This document shows, piece after piece, positions 11,122 through 25,500 of a DNA stretch of 64,000 bases (position 1 is the first letter of the stretch; each line of letters starts with the position of its first letter). Source of the stretch: Spizellomyces punctatus DAOM BR117. Its lineage: Eukaryota. The stretch lies in the NCBI GenBank assembly GCA_000182565.2, contig KQ257471.1; one strand, written 5' to 3'. The translations under genes were made by a program, and so were the position numbers. Below the pieces are notes generated by a model. The model was not told the DNA's origin and did no database searches. It saw nothing but the letters and a program-made list of their open reading frames with translations.

Positions 11122-14100
11122 TCACTGTTGTTGAGAGAGTTTCGCGAAATACGGAGCCATGTATTCAAAGAATGCGAATTGACTGGGTTCCGTCCCGTAT
11201 TTGTAGACTACGATCCAAAATTCGATAAGCTTCATAATAATCAAATACAAAAATAAAAAACAAGACTTACCAAATCGACTGGCCAAGTAACTGCCAAAGA
11301 TGGCCTTGACGTATGTTTCCGGTACCCTCTTTAGAAGCGTCTCCAATCCCAGCTTGTCCAATAAAATATTTGGGAAGGCCTCTTGAAGGACAATGAGCCT
11401 CAAGGGAACATTGTCCCACAAAGTCGTCAATTGAAGTTCCGAATTCAACTTGACAATTGCCAAACTGAGTTGGTCGGAAATAATGGACTTTGGGAGGCTG
11501 GTACGGTTCGATTCACGCCAAATGGCCTCAAACTCCAGTTCGGCGTTCTTTTCAATGATACCGTGAACAGCTTTAACGTAGTCGGTGTAAAAGGCAGGTG
11601 TAACGCCGTTCTTGACTTGCATGTTTTCGGCAAATTCGTCGTCTGCAAAGGCGAGAGCAGCGAGGACTTCTAGGGAGGAGGAGGTAACACCACCCTTGTT
11701 CGCAGATGCGTCCTTGTAGACAATGGCTCCAGCCTTCTCGAGACGAAGACGAGCTTCTTGAGTAAAGAAGAGGTTGGCGCCTTCGACAATATACTTGAAG
11801 CGAGAAGAACCGTCGGAGTTGATCAGTGCTTGGACGTTGCTAAGGTCAACAGCTTCGGGACGTCCACCGCAAGGAACAAAGACATCAGCACTGGAGAGGG
11901 GGTGCAGGTGGAACTCGTTCCGGAATTTGACACCGCTGTCGACGACGGTTCCGTTCGGAAGACGTACGTTCGTCTCATCGACCAAAACGCGGAATCCCTT
12001 AGGGCCAAGTTTGGACATGTCAAAATGGTTGACCATAAGACGCTTGGTGGCAAGACGAAGTAACTCCTCGCGGTTGATACCCTCAGGATCATAAAGCACT
12101 CCGCTTCCGTCCACGACACCAATGGTCTTGTCCTTCGATATCTTGATCTCGTTGGATCCCAAGTCACCATCTGGACCACCTGTTTGCAGCTTGTGCACGT
12201 TTTCCTCCTTAATACCCAATTTGCGGTAGATGCCAAGGACGTACTGGTGTACCGATCGCGTGGTCATACCAAAGGTATCGTGAGGAATTCCACCCAAGGA
12301 CTGACTCTTGCCTGTCGTGAAGGCTTTCCAGAAGGAGGCGCCTCGCTTACGGGCGTGTTGACTGGCCCAGTCCATGTAGTCGGCAGTACCTTCATCAGGG
12401 CCAAAAAAGAGAATCTCTGGCTTGCCGTACAAATCCACAATCTTCTCTTTGATACCGGGGGTCTCGCCAACAATGAGTAGATCAAGCATGGCGTCAACGT
12501 ACTTCTCAAAGGCCACACGCGGTTTGTCCTGTTGATCAAAGTTGAGCAGAATGGTTCCCTTCGAGCCACCCTCAGGAATATCCTTGTTTTTGCGCTGTTG
12601 GGTTGCCGCCAGATTATAGTTCTCATCCATGAGACTACGAAGGTTGATACTGTACGCTTCCTTGTTGCGAGAGCGAACTAAGCGGATTCCGCCACGGGCC
12701 ACGTCCTCGAAACGAAGGTGGAATCCTCGGAATTCGCTTCCGATGACAAGGAACATTCCAAAGAGGTGGTTCGGGTATTCAATCTCTGGAAGGAAAGAAG
12801 GGTCCAATCTGAAGGAGAGAGCGACCTTCGTGGGTTGGTAGAAATTTGTCTTCAACACGTGCTTGTTGAAGGTCAGGTAAGACTCAAAGATCATCAATTC
12901 GTGATTGTTCGACACTGTCTTTTTGATCTTGTCCAGCAGTTCCTCCTCCGTTAAGATAGGGGTGGTTTGCAGACGCTGATATGACAGCGACACACGCATT
13001 TCATCATGGGGAGGGTTGATGTAATGCACCATTGCAAAATTGGTGTAGAGAAGCTTGATAAGATCCGGATAGAGCTTGATGATATCGAGGATATACTCGC
13101 GTGTAAATGTGTCCGATCGGAGTCTTTTTTTGATCTTTTGAAGAACCTCCACGTGCAATGTATTGTTGAGGTCCAACGCGGATGAGAGAGCCACGAACTC
13201 GTTCCCAAGACGGTTGAGGAAGTGCTGCGCAAAAATCCATCCAACATAGCCGTAAACAGTTTCCTGAACTGAAGTCATGCGTCATGAGATAGAGCAAGGA
13301 GGCATCACAAAACTAAGCTCTACATACCACTAAGTCTGCCACTTTGGAAGAAGTGCTGGAGAGGTGATGTAGGGAGACAGTACATCAAACTGGCTTCCTT
13401 CATTACTTGCCAAATGGAGGCTTCAATCGGGGGCGCTTTGCTACCTGGCAATTGGTCAAGGTACATGCAGTGAATTGTAATTCCATTGGAGAAGTTTTCT
13501 GAAAAATCAAATCGGTTAGGCACATATTCTCCACCTTTTCCTACGCCTCTCGAGTGTCCGTACCAACATATTTTCTTGTAGAATACAATTCATAAAAGTG
13601 GTAAAGATCTGAAATGGCTGCAAGAAGACCTTGTGTTGTTCGGTGTCTGCCAAGCAATGGGACGCGTTAAAAAGAGATACGGCGAATGCGCCGCTACGAT
13701 ATGACGATCCATACTTGAATGCAATGACTAGTCGCTTTTGACGACTCTTGGGGATATCATAAACTTCTATTACTGGTCCGGTTCGAACGAGAGCATGTTT
13801 CATGACTTTTGAGTATATCTCGAGTGTGTTTTCGGTTGCCTTTTCCAGGAAAGTGCTGTCGCTGACAAGGCGAATGTCAGCTTCTTCTGCCAGGGTAGGC
13901 TCAGCCTTGACAAAATTGCATTTCCGGACAAAATAGCAACGGAGTTGGGTGGAAAGAGAACTTGATACTGTGCCGGAGGATCGATAACTTTCCATACGAT
14001 ATGCCAAATTCTTGGTGCTCCCGTCCAGGTATCGAGCATCGATCCTAATATGCAAATGGTGACAAATATGAGAAAGAAGATTCAAGTCCAAAGAATGATA

Positions 14101-14590
14101 ATTTTTGCTGTTACCTCTTTTCGTGTTGGGGGCCGGCTGTATTTGAGACGCCTGGGCGCGATGTGTTAATGTAGACTGCGCCCTCATCAGTTTCCCGCTC
14201 CAGCTCGATGTCCAAAGCCTGTTCATTCTTAATGAAAGCTGATATCTTGGCTCCGTACAGCGCCATGATGTGCTGAGCAATGGTTTCAACACTCTCAAGT
14301 TGGAAATACATGTCATCAATTCCAAGGTTTCTGAAAGTAATTAAAAGGTGGGTAGTCAGTTACCAACCAGTAATTCCCTTGGTTGTCAAACTTTGCGATG
14401 CTCACCCATAGAACCATGAGACTTCATTCAACACCAGCTCCTTGGGAATAAAACCTTTCTGCTCGACATACGCGCATACTTTTTGGAGTTGCTCCTGCTT
14501 GCCAGCAAAGTGGTTGCTTGCATAACCGTCCGCCACTAAGGCTGAAGACGGCACTCCGTTTCTCTGGACGCCGGGAACAGATAAAGACAT
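11122..14590 (-). CDS. GDH2: NAD-specific glutamate dehydrogenase (large fungal type)
   Basis: RGFHLRFEDVARGGIR, KDIPEGGSKG, FFGPDEGTAD, QTGGPDGDLGSNE, ANKGGVTSSS; 5' exons reconstructed (WFYGNLGIDDMYF); start MSLSVPG at 14590. Confidence 0.96.
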
Positions 14591-15174
14591 TGTGCAGGGT
14601 GAATCGTCTAGTGTTGACCGAACGCGGCTAGTTTGCACGATAGTGAGCGACACAGTTCCTGTACAAAGCTTTCGCATTTCATATTTTTGACTATACCTTT
14701 CTGTGAATAAGCTACGAGATGCGAAATGGTACGAGATGAAATGGTGGGAGAAAAAGGGCAAAGTCGCAGCTATCACAGGGTTTAAAAGAAGTGGTCGCCA
14801 GCCGCGCGCAGGTGTGCGTGGCTTAGTCGATGCCACAAGTAATGACAATCCCGCATTTCCGCTTTTGAACAAACCAATACAATGGGACACATGACCGACA
14901 TTAGGGAACACTTCCAAGAAAGCTTGCTTGTTGTTGTTGTTGTTGTTTAGAAAAAATAAAAAAACTAGAAGAAAAAAAAGAGTTGAACGAATCCATTGCA
15001 AGTGTTACTCTTGTGTGTTTTGCTTGACGACAACAAGCGTTGAGCAATCTGTCGAAAACGGGCACGGAACAAGGTGCACACCACACACGGTCAGGAAATA
15101 GGTTGCGAAAAGAAAAATGCTCTTTTTCGTTAAACAGTCCACACATTGCCATAAAAGCACGATTTAAACGATAC

Positions 15175-15573
15175 TCATTTTGTCAACGGCGCTGGCCGAA
15201 AGGAAAGTATTTCCCATGATGCCCACACTTTGTTTTTTACGTACGGATCCTCCTGCATGTACTGTTCTACCTCTTCCACAGAATCCATTTCAAAGATCAT
15301 GACACTCCCCACCATCTTGTTCTTGTCATGGCTGTCTAAAATGGCACCGCCTGTAATGACCTTCCCATCCGCAGAGGCCTTGGAGGCTCGCTCCAGGTGA
15401 ACAGGTCGTATGCTGAGGCGGCGTGATGGTGCTTCGGCGTCCGTGTAATCGCGTGCAATAACCACAAACTGAGCAAAAAGATGAGCGCTAGTGGAAAATG
15501 CTCGCGCTCCTTTATTAAATCCAGCCCTTTGCAATGTGGGCAAACGCATGCGGGCCGTCTGTAGAATCATCAT
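15175..15573 (-). CDS. YCII-related domain protein, probably mitochondria-targeted
   Basis: RRLSIRPVHL, GGAIL, GSVMI, DPYVKNKVW are YCII-family motifs; Arg-rich N-terminal presequence-like stretch. Confidence 0.85.
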   Translation of the reverse strand: MMILQTARMRLPTLQRAGFNKGARAFSTSAHLFAQFVVIARDYTDAEAPSRRLSIRPVHLERASKASADGKVITGGAILDSHDKNKMVGSVMIFEMDSVEEVEQYMQEDPYVKNKVWASWEILSFRPAPLTK

Positions 15574-15622
15574 GGTGGTTGCAAATCTCGCTTGTTTTGC
15601 AACAGTCGTTTTGGCAGCGGTG

Positions 15623-15649
15623 ATTGGTCACGTGTAAAATGCAGCCAAT
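15623..15649. promoter_or_regulatory. CCAAT / E-box / CCAAT composite in the divergent YCII-ankyrin promoter
   Basis: ATTGG-TCACGTG (15623-15634) followed by CCAAT (15645-15649). Confidence 0.5.
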
Positions 15650-16573
15650 CAGATTGCTGCGCCTTAACCAGGCCTGACCCCCCTTGCTTGCTTCCCTTCC
15701 GTACAGTCCAACGGTTGCGCAGTCATTTTGGGTGCGGTTTAAACGAGGGTCTTCCCTTTTTTTTTTTTCTGTTCATCTGCCGTCCAATCTTTTGCTGGGC
15801 GAAAGTCTTTACTCCACTTGTGCAACTACTTGCATCCGTCAGCGAATACTGCTCTCAACATCTCCAGTTGACCGCTCTTGAGTCTCACTCACGTAGACAT
15901 ACTGGTCTCATCGTCATCCCGACTCAACCATTTGGCCTGCCTTCAGCTACTACAATTTGCAAAGTGACACTTTCTGGCAAGGTGACCGTTTGTGCAAGAA
16001 GAGTACACTGAACGATACAAGTCTAGTGCAACACCGGTCATCTCACTTTCATCAGGTAATTTCCCTTTCGCCGCAATGTTTTAGCTGAACTCGCACGTTT
16101 TGCGTGAACCCAAACATAAAACATGTCCCGTGGCTGGGAATTATTGCTTACCGAGAGTTACTTCCTCAGGTGGACGCTTGGCCCGTAACGAGTCTCCTTT
16201 CTCGAAATTCGGCGGACGTTGTCGGTCGCTCTCCGCGGCCTTCGGACCCGCAACGGGGGAATGCCGGCACTGTTTGAAAGTATTCTTGCTGCACTTGCGT
16301 TGTAGCGTCGACTTCTTTACGGTCGGGTACCCTTTTGAGGCAAGTTTTTGCATTTTGAGACAATTTGGAGCAAATTCCGAAGCAACACTTTTGTTGCGAT
16401 TTTGTCGATGGGATGGGAGACCAATGCCTCCCGTATGATTGGATAACCCACAAAAAGCCGCGGGAATATGATGGATCTGCGGTCAACTGAAGATTGGGAA
16501 GGGTATCGCTCTTACTTAAAGAATGACGAATTAATAACGAATTTTCTTTACAGGGGCCGATCCTTGCACAGAG

Positions 16574-19500
16574 ATGGATACATCGTATTCATCAGGGTCG
16601 CAGCAAGCCTATCCATATCAATATTATAGTCAGCAATACCCATGCCCCTACTACCCCCCTGGCAGTGAATACTCGGGCTATTCCCCAGGGTCCACACAAT
16701 ACCCGTATGGCGATTATAGGCAATCACCGCCGCAACCCCCACCTCCAGGCTCGTCACAAAGCTCACCGTCCCCACACGATTACTACCTACAGAGTCAAGC
16801 TAATCAGTACTACTACGATCAACCATATCCGTCACCAGCTGCATATACCGGTTATCCTTATCCACCACGAAGTTCCGTCCCTTCGTATCCCTCACAAGCT
16901 CATGGACATACACCACACTACGATTCAGCTGCCGCATATGCAGCATGGATGGCCACGCAAAATCCGCGCGGAATTGAAGGCGATACCGTATCAACGGGAA
17001 ATGGCGTGGCGGGTGACGGTGTGAGCACCTCACCTCAAAGTCGAACCAGAGTGGACTGTGTTGAAGTGGATTGTATGATGCGAGTCAAGGAAGAGTCTCC
17101 TTCATCTACGTTGCAGGAAAACAAGCCCACGAATAGAGTCAAAATAGAAGGCCAGGCCAGTTCTGAGGATATAGGCACCCTAGGCAGAGAGAAAATGGGT
17201 TCACCTGTATCTGAAAAAAATAAGGCGCTGACTATGGTAAAGCAAGCGTCGCTTATTTCGCCCACATCAAATTCCTCAAATATCCCGGACAACGATGGCG
17301 CGAGGGTCCCTCAGGCAGCAGAAAGTGAGCGAAGTTTGGCATATGACGCCGATCTTATTACTCCGTCATCTCCGCTAACCTATGGGACAAAATCGGCAGA
17401 TAGGGAGGAGAGCAGGAATGCTTCACCAACTGAAAAGCAAGTGTCTGAGGTGACCGTGGTGAAGAAAAATGGCGCCCAACCGTATACCGACCAGAAACCG
17501 CAAGACCAGGGGTCTTCTGATGATTCGCTGAGTGAACTCTCTGAGGTCGACGGTGAAAGTCTTAGCAGCACGTCCGAGCCTACTGGTTCTGATCAGGAGC
17601 AGTCCACCCCACCATCCGCGCATGCAAGCCCTAATCATTCACGAAGCCATAGCTTTAATGTTGAAGATTTTATTGGGCCATTCATTGATCCCAACGACAT
17701 GGCAAGCGATGACTATGAGTATACGGATTCTGGGGCAGCGTCGTCCAGCAGTGACGAACGAGGCGCTGGACTTGGGGAAGACAGAAGCAGGCAGGGGAGT
17801 CGCCAGTTATCAGCTAGAAACGGGCGGATAAATGGGCGAGCAAAAAAAAGGAGCCCTGCAAAGCGAACTGTTGACTCTGACAGCAATTCCGAACCATCGC
17901 ATAGGACGTCAAGGCGACGATCACGAGTTACCCGTTCCATGAGCAAGCAAACCCCCAGGCCCTCGAGAGCCAGAAAGCAGATTACTCCCGATAGTCGAAC
18001 TTCCCGTCAGAGTGTGTTACAAGACTGGGATGAGCTTGCTCATTTATTTCCATCCGGGGATGATGATGATGAAGATGATGGGGCTGAAGTTACTTCCAGA
18101 AGGCGTGGAAGACCGCCATCGAATAAAACCAAGGCTATGCGGGAGTTCAAGAAAAATCAAGTAGCGTTATATGAGCAATTGAAGGAGAAAGCTGAGGTAT
18201 TCCTTCTCTTCTACATGCCAGAGGACTGTGTGCAAATTTTCTAAAATGGGTCACTTTCATAAAGCTTCGTTCGCGGGATGGTCAAGTTGGGTCAAATGGA
18301 AATATCGATCAGGAAGGAACGAAACAATCCATTCCAGCACCGGCGATTGTAAAATCCCGTGAGGGTGAAGGCTTCTCCTTCGGAGCCCGATTCATACGAT
18401 GGGAGCGACTTGACGAACGAGATCGGAGTGGACGAACATTCCTATTCAAAGCTGCGAGTCGGGGAGACTATGAGCTTTGTCGGACTTTGGTGGAAGCAGG
18501 TGCAGATGTCCATCCTAAAGACAATGCTGGCTGGACAGCCTTGCATGAGGCATGCCTAGAAGGTCATCTTTCCATTGCGAGTTTATTGATTCAGCATGGG
18601 GCGGACGTTAATGTTCCTGGAGACAATGAGGACACCCCGCTACACGACGCCGTGCAGAGGGGCCATCAAGAGGTAGTGGAGTGTCTTCTCCTTCACGGCG
18701 CGTCCATCAATGCAAAGAATGCCGATGGCGAAACTCCGTTTACGGTCGCAGATGAGAATATGAAGAACGTGATCAAGGATTGGCTTGACAAGGCCAAGCG
18801 GGTTCTGGCGGTTGATAAAGCTGGGAGAACTCCTTTACATGACGCATGTGCAGATGGGGATCTCATGGAGGTGCGACGGAATTTGTCTTTCGGAGCGGAC
18901 ATCAATTGGGCCGATAATGCAGGTTGGACTCCTTTGCACGAGGCTGCCTTGGCAGGACACGAAGATTGCGTTCAGGAGCTTCTGACTAACGGTGCTGAAA
19001 TCAATGCGCTTGGTTTTGGGAACGATACGCCACTTCACGATGCAGCAGCAAACTCGCATCAAGATGTGGTGCGGCTGTTGTTGGAGTATGGAGCTGACCC
19101 AACAAGGAAAAATTTAAAGGGGGCTTTGCCTGTGGATTTGGCGAAGGAGGAATCTATCAAAGAGCTTCTATGCGAGAATCCAGAAAAGTGGAAGCCATAC
19201 AAGACGGCCCTCAAACGACCGATGTCAGCCCTTCAACAGGCCGTTGCGCGATCCATGCTTGTCCAAAATGCAGATGCTCTGAAACAGGCATCTACTGGTG
19301 ATGAGCGGAGTGAGCCCGATCGTCGGCGACGCGTCGATCGTCGAAGCTCTACAGATTCACAAGGCGACAGCATGTATGATAGGCAGCCTTCGTCCCACGG
19401 TAAAACTAAGAGCGGTTCTGCATCAGAGAAGAATGAGTATTTCAGACATGGAGGCCTTAAGGAGACAGATTCTCCTTTTCAATCTGAACGCGACCGTCGG

Positions 19501-21560
19501 AAGTTTGAACAGCTTTGGCAAATTCTCCAGCGAGACGAGTCAGCCAAATCTCCTGGCCAAGAGGGGCGCATACCTCGCTCCGATAATGTACGAAAGCGGA
19601 AGCGCCCGTCTGTGGGTGACGCATCTTCGGACGATGATGAGCCAATATCAGCGGATGCCACTGTGGCGAAAAAGGCAGCCGGTAGTAGGAGAACATCTGG
19701 TGTTTCTGGGAAGCGAGTAGGACGACCTCCAGGCAAAAGATCGGATAAGGGCAAGTCTTGTACTCCTGATGCGGAGAATGGTCGGCCTATTTTGGAAAAT
19801 TCGATTCAAGCACCTACGGTTGGGGCAAAGGATAGGAAGCAAAGCATATCTGTGACAAGCGTAGCGCCTCCGGAAACCGCTAGCCACCGTTCGAAGTCTG
19901 TTGAGGAGATTGTGAGGATGATGAACTCGGATTCCAGCGATGTTGAAAATGATACTGAAGTTAGTAAACGACAGCGTTCAAATTCGGGTGATTCTGTCAG
20001 CCTGCAAGCACCGCCTGCTACTCGCCAGAAACGCGAAGATACCGCGTCATATGTTTCGTGGATTGATGAACCACTGGAAGAGCATCCAAAAGAGTCCCAG
20101 ACCCTCCTTCCAGCTATGGTACCACTCGATACACCAGAGAAGGCGGACAATCAATTGATTCAGAAGGAAGAGGCTGAATTCCTTGACATGAGCATGACTA
20201 ATGGTGTCAAAGAAGAAGCCCTGACTGGTGAAAAGAAAATAACTCAACGCCGGAAGGACGCTGAGAATGTAGAGCGAGTCGCAAGACGTAGTCGGCGGGA
20301 AGCTCCTAGTTCCAGCGTTCCAAATGGTGCTGCAAAGAAAGGTAAGAATTTGTTCCCTGCCTCCCTTGGTTTCGAAAAGCTAACATTTAACGTTTCTCCA
20401 TTGAAGCGTCCAAAGAGCATAAAGAAAGTGGGCGCGATGATAAAACACGGCGTGGACATGGAGATTCTTCCCATGCGCCCAAAAGCATTGAAGACTCGCC
20501 ATCAGTGTCAGCGAAATGTTCTGCTAATGAGAAGGAACCTTCCGAACGATCGCCTGGTACCACAAAGAAGCAAAGAGCCTCTAAAAGTCCTGTTCGCAAG
20601 AAGCGCAAGGCAGCCATTTCCAAAGACGCTGTTGCTGCGGAGGATGATGGACGGAAAGGGGATGTCGAGTCAAGAAGTAAGGCCGAGGGGGCTAATGGGA
20701 GCTCTATGCTCGACGAAGAATCTCCCGCAGGGTCAGTTGTATTATCTGTTCAATTGGGGGCTACCCCTGGTGCGCCACATGAAGAAACTTCTGCGCCGGC
20801 TTCCAAGCATATCACAGTCGGTGTATGTGCGACGTCTCCTGATGTTCCGTTATCCTCCTACAAGAAGAAACGTCTTAGCAACGGTGGGATCCCCCGGATT
20901 AGTGGGTACCAACGTGCAACGGGACCTGATGATTTGCGGAACGATTCGGCCAAGGACCTGGCTCCTGACTCAACTACGGTTGCGCCAGTGACAAGGACTG
21001 GACGCATTGATCCCATTCGTGAGGCGGCTGCGAAAGAGTACCGGCTGCGGCGATGCTTGCCGTTGTATGCCATGTACCTCACTGAGGAAACCGTAGAAAG
21101 TGGAGAAGGAGGTACAGGGACAATGACGTCGGACCGACCTCGCACTCGGGCACGATGGATGGTGGACATGCAAATCGGCCTGTTATTTGGGTACAGAAAT
21201 GGACGTGAACTACTTGATCACTACCAACATCTCACCCGTCGAGTAGCCAATTCAGTCGAGAAAGACCGTCTCGAAAAGACTTGTGTTGCTGAAGCAGTGT
21301 TTACAAGTATGGTCCACGCCAAACCCGAGTGCGTCAGGTGGGCCAAGACTGTAGAGATTGGCGACGCAGGTAGCGGTCGTAAAGGACTACGATTCACGTA
21401 TTACGATGTAAATTTTTTAAGAGAAGATGAAGTTTTGCATGAGATTTCGGGACTGAGGGAGCGAATGAAAACAAGGGGGGAGTGGCTCGAAGAAGCCACC
21501 ATTGTAGAGCTGGATGTTGGGTGTGGTGGAGTTGGAGAGGGCGTGACGATACCGACGTGA
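16574..21560 (+). CDS. Large ankyrin-repeat nuclear protein (Hos4/ANKRD11-12-like)
   Basis: Three exons (about 16574-18196, 18265-20341, 20407-21560); two ankyrin blocks (GWTALHEAC, DTPLHDA, GWTPLHEAA); long disordered regions; C-terminal WMVDMQIGLLFG domain. Confidence 0.8.
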
Positions 21561-22531
21561 TGAAAGGTTGATACCCCGTTTGGATGGCAGCTTTGGGATT
21601 TAAATGGAGAGGGGCACAACAGAATGTGTGGGTAGGTCGGGGGGTTGGGCAATTTGGCATTTTTTTGTGGGCAAATGTGGATACTTTTGATGTTAGCTTG
21701 CATTTTCTGTTGATGCGGTTTGGTTTGGAAATCGGCTGCTTGGTTTTTTTCTTTTTTCTTATTTTTTTGTTTTGCTGGTCCAAAGCACACATGCCTTTCT
21801 CTCTCTCTCTCTCTCCTCTATCTCTGTCTGTCTTTTTCTTTCTTGTTTGAGGTCCCGTTTTTTTCTCAAGTTGCGTTATTCCTTTAATCCATGTATCTAG
21901 CTTATTCAATTCTCCCTTTTCTATGTCCGATGTTTTCTTTTTTTTTTTTAATGTTGGGCATGTAGAGCTGCAGAAATGGTTTAGATTCGGATAAGCGCCC
22001 AATGAAAAACTGTGCCGTCCAACACTTTCAGATAGTGTCCTAGTATTTATTGCTTTTTTTTTTTTTTGGTCAAATCTCTTTTTTGTGGGCCTCATGTCAT
22101 TGATGTATTTCAGAGGTTAGGTGGTCCAGTGGTTTGACGGTACCGGTGTTGAGATGATGTAGAATCCAGATTTTGATATGGTTTTTACTCACTACATAAA
22201 ATACTTACATATTGGACGCTCTGCGATTGTGTGACTGATATACTGGGGTCGAGCAGGGGTCCATCTTCTAGCGGCCAAGTGCCCATTTGCATTCGATTGA
22301 TAAAAGCATTGTCCCGTGTTGGCATAAAAAAAACAGTTTGACCGTTTTATTTGCCTCAAGTATTTGAATGAGACCTTTTTGGTACACGACGACAGAGTTT
22401 CTCCCACCCACAACCCACTCTATAACACTTGATACTTTTATACTCTGCAAGATTCTATTGCGAAACGTATAGATCTAAACTATATATCAATGAGGTCGCA
22501 ATTAGATACATATGCAAGACCGTTGATAGAA

Positions 22532-25500
22532 TTACGGCCTGTATGGGACTCTGAGTTGTTGAGCCCAGAATGTGACCTTGTCCGTCATGGTGTCCACTAA
22601 AAAAAAATTTGATGAGCAAATGCAAATAACAAAGGGGGGAATGGGCATTGCACTTACTGTAACGCAGGAGAGAAAAGATATTGTGGCCGCTCTGTAATAC
22701 AAAAAGCAGTTTAATAATGATCGTAACGGTAAACCGGGACTATACAATAGAACGTACCAATTCCCTAATCCTCAACAAAACGGGTTTGGCTCCCCAGACC
22801 GAGTGGGAAACTCTCTGCAAATGCGCCGCGAATTTGAAGCTATGCAAAGGGCTCACACGGGTATCGTGATCTCCGGTGGTGATGAGCATGGCTGGGTACC
22901 GGACATTGGGTTTCACGTTGTAGACAGGTGCCCATTTGAGGGCCGAGAGAACTTCCTTGCCAGCAAAGTTACGACCATAGTCGTTCACCCAGCCGGGACC
23001 AAACGTGAAATTGGTGAAGCGGAGGGTCTCGTGGACTCTGGGAGTAGGAACAGGGTGTTTGTAAACGTTTGTGAAATAGTGGCAAGTGATGATGTTCTTA
23101 CCCGTAGTCAGCCAACCCCACACCAATGAGGCCAGGAGCTTGCAGGGAGACCGCACCAGCCAACAAGCCGCCATTGGATCCGCCGTGGATGCTCAACAAT
23201 CCCTCGCGCGTCCATCCCTCCTTGACAAAGAACTTGCCCGCAGATATGATATCGTCGAAGCAGTTTTGCTTGTTAAAGAGGGATCCACCTTCATACCAGG
23301 GAGATCCGTATTCTTTTCCACCGCGGATGTTGACAAGGGCGTAGATTCCGCCGTAATGCCTGGTACCGATGTGGTGTTAGTCGACCGATTCTACTCTACA
23401 GGTGTTTAGATGATTAGCGACTCACCTCGCCAATGCTACAGCAAATGCACTAAATGTCGGCATAACGTTGATCTGGAATCCTCCATATCCGTACATCCAA
23501 ACGGGGTTTCGCCCATTTTTTTGTGCATTCTTGGGACGAACGACAAATGCTGGTACTCTTGTTCCATCCTTGCTGTTAAAAAAGACTTGATCGAATACCA
23601 CTTGCGCTACGGCGGCCGGCGCTTGAAGTTTTCGGAAGACAGTTACGTTGTTGGTCGAGAGGTTATAGATGTAAATGGTGCCGGGATCAATCATGGTTTC
23701 GTATTTGAAGGTCACCGTTTGGAGGTCCGTATCTGCTTTGATATCTGTTGCGGCTCCATTCCGCTGGGGAAATTCGTAGATCGTGCTGCTGGTGCCGTTG
23801 GTTACCTTTACGACGCGGACGACGTGCTAGGCAAAAAATTAAATTGGCATTAGATGCACGTTGATATGGAATGTTGGGTCAAATCTTCGTTCAACATACC
23901 TTGACATTGTCAAGGTAAAAGACCGCAAGTGCTCCGTCAGCGATCTGGACGGATTGATCCAAAACCAACTCCTTGTCCTGAGGGACGACATCGACAGCTC
24001 TCTGTTTTAAAGCGGATCAATAATACAGGCTAAGAGGGACAGTACAGCATAATGACACGTACCAATTCAGTACCCTCAGCCTCAGGAATGGCAATGACTT
24101 TCCCACGAGGTGCACCAGCGTCCGTTCGGTAGTAAGACATACCACCCGCTGTGCCAACAAAGGTGGTATCGAAGGGACCGGCGTCTTGTTTCGTCGATCC
24201 CCAGTCGAATTCAGGTGTGTCGACGCTAGGGGCCCAGGGAGTAAAGACTTTTGAAATACAAGAGATCTTTAGCTAATGTCTATATTGCAAGTCAATGCGT
24301 TGGACTACAAACCGTTTTCCTTTTTCAATGGCAAGGCAATCCGGATTTTTCCACCCTTCCCATCATCAACGACAGCAAATTTCTGTGGTTGAGGTCGCTC
24401 AGGCGCAAAGGAGGGCGCGCCGGGGCATACTGACTCCTCGCATATTGTGTCGGTTTCAATCGATGTACCGAATTTGTGAAAGAGCAAGTCATACTCGTAG
24501 GGGAACAGATCGTTGTTTCGGCCAGCGTCATCCCAGGAGAGACCTTTGGGTGCTTTGTAGCGCTGAGGGTTATATGAGCAAATTTATTCATGTATAATAT
24601 GGACAGAGAGCAGTGTTTCGCTTACTGCGTAGGTCACACCAGTGCCGTCCGAGGCCCAGCGGAAGTAGTACTGGTCCATGGAACGAATGACATAACGGAG
24701 ATAGGTGTCAAAGGGCTTCTTGCTCTTCACATCCACAAAGCCCACCCAAGAGTAATCACTATTGAAAGAGTTTCAATCAACGACATGAAACCTTGAACGT
24801 TGCGGCGACAGTTGGATTGTGCTTACGTCTCGTTCTTGGTGACCAAGTAAGCAAACTTTAAAAGATCGGGAGAAAAGCTCCAAGAATCTACACGATCGAC
24901 ACCCTGAGGAGACAACGTGTTGGGATCAAGGAAAATCTCTGGTTTTTGGTTCTGGAGATCTTTGGTACGATACAAAATGGATTGGGCGTTTTGGCCTTGA
25001 GGGTTGGCAAGATAGTACCAGTACTCGCCCTGTAGTAGCAACTGTTACTTGATGTTTCTTTTAGGTTTAGTGACAAACAAGTTGCACCTTTTTGAAAGGA
25101 GTGCCATATCTATCAAAGCGGTTGATTTCCCGGAAGCTCTTCTTAAAAAGTTCGCGGTCCGGAAGAGACTTTAAGTACTTGAGAGAGAGATCACTTTGTT
25201 GGGAAGCAAACTTGATAGTCTCCTTTGAGAAAGGATCTTCCATCCATCGGTACGGATCCTCAACAGGCGTTCCAAAATAGTTTTCCGTGAGATTCATCCG
25301 ACGTGCGGGAGGATATGCAAGTCCTCCCGGGCTGGGATAATACGTCGGAGGTGCAGCAAATACCGCCGTTCCTGGGAAGCAGAAAAATAGTGTGAGCTGT
25401 GCTGAAGTCAAACGACACAGGGACTAGTCATGATTGAATCAGGGCCGCCATATCGACTGGGACGCCAAGATATGTCAAGAAAAGAGTCTGTCTGGCTCCT

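Noticed and set aside
11383-12954. Several plus-strand ORFs opposite GDH2
   Set aside because: Antisense shadows of a codon-biased conserved gene with no independent motifs.
16430-16492. Possible C/D snoRNA in the ankyrin gene 5'UTR intron
   Set aside because: Degenerate C box, no terminal stem and no convincing guide complementarity.
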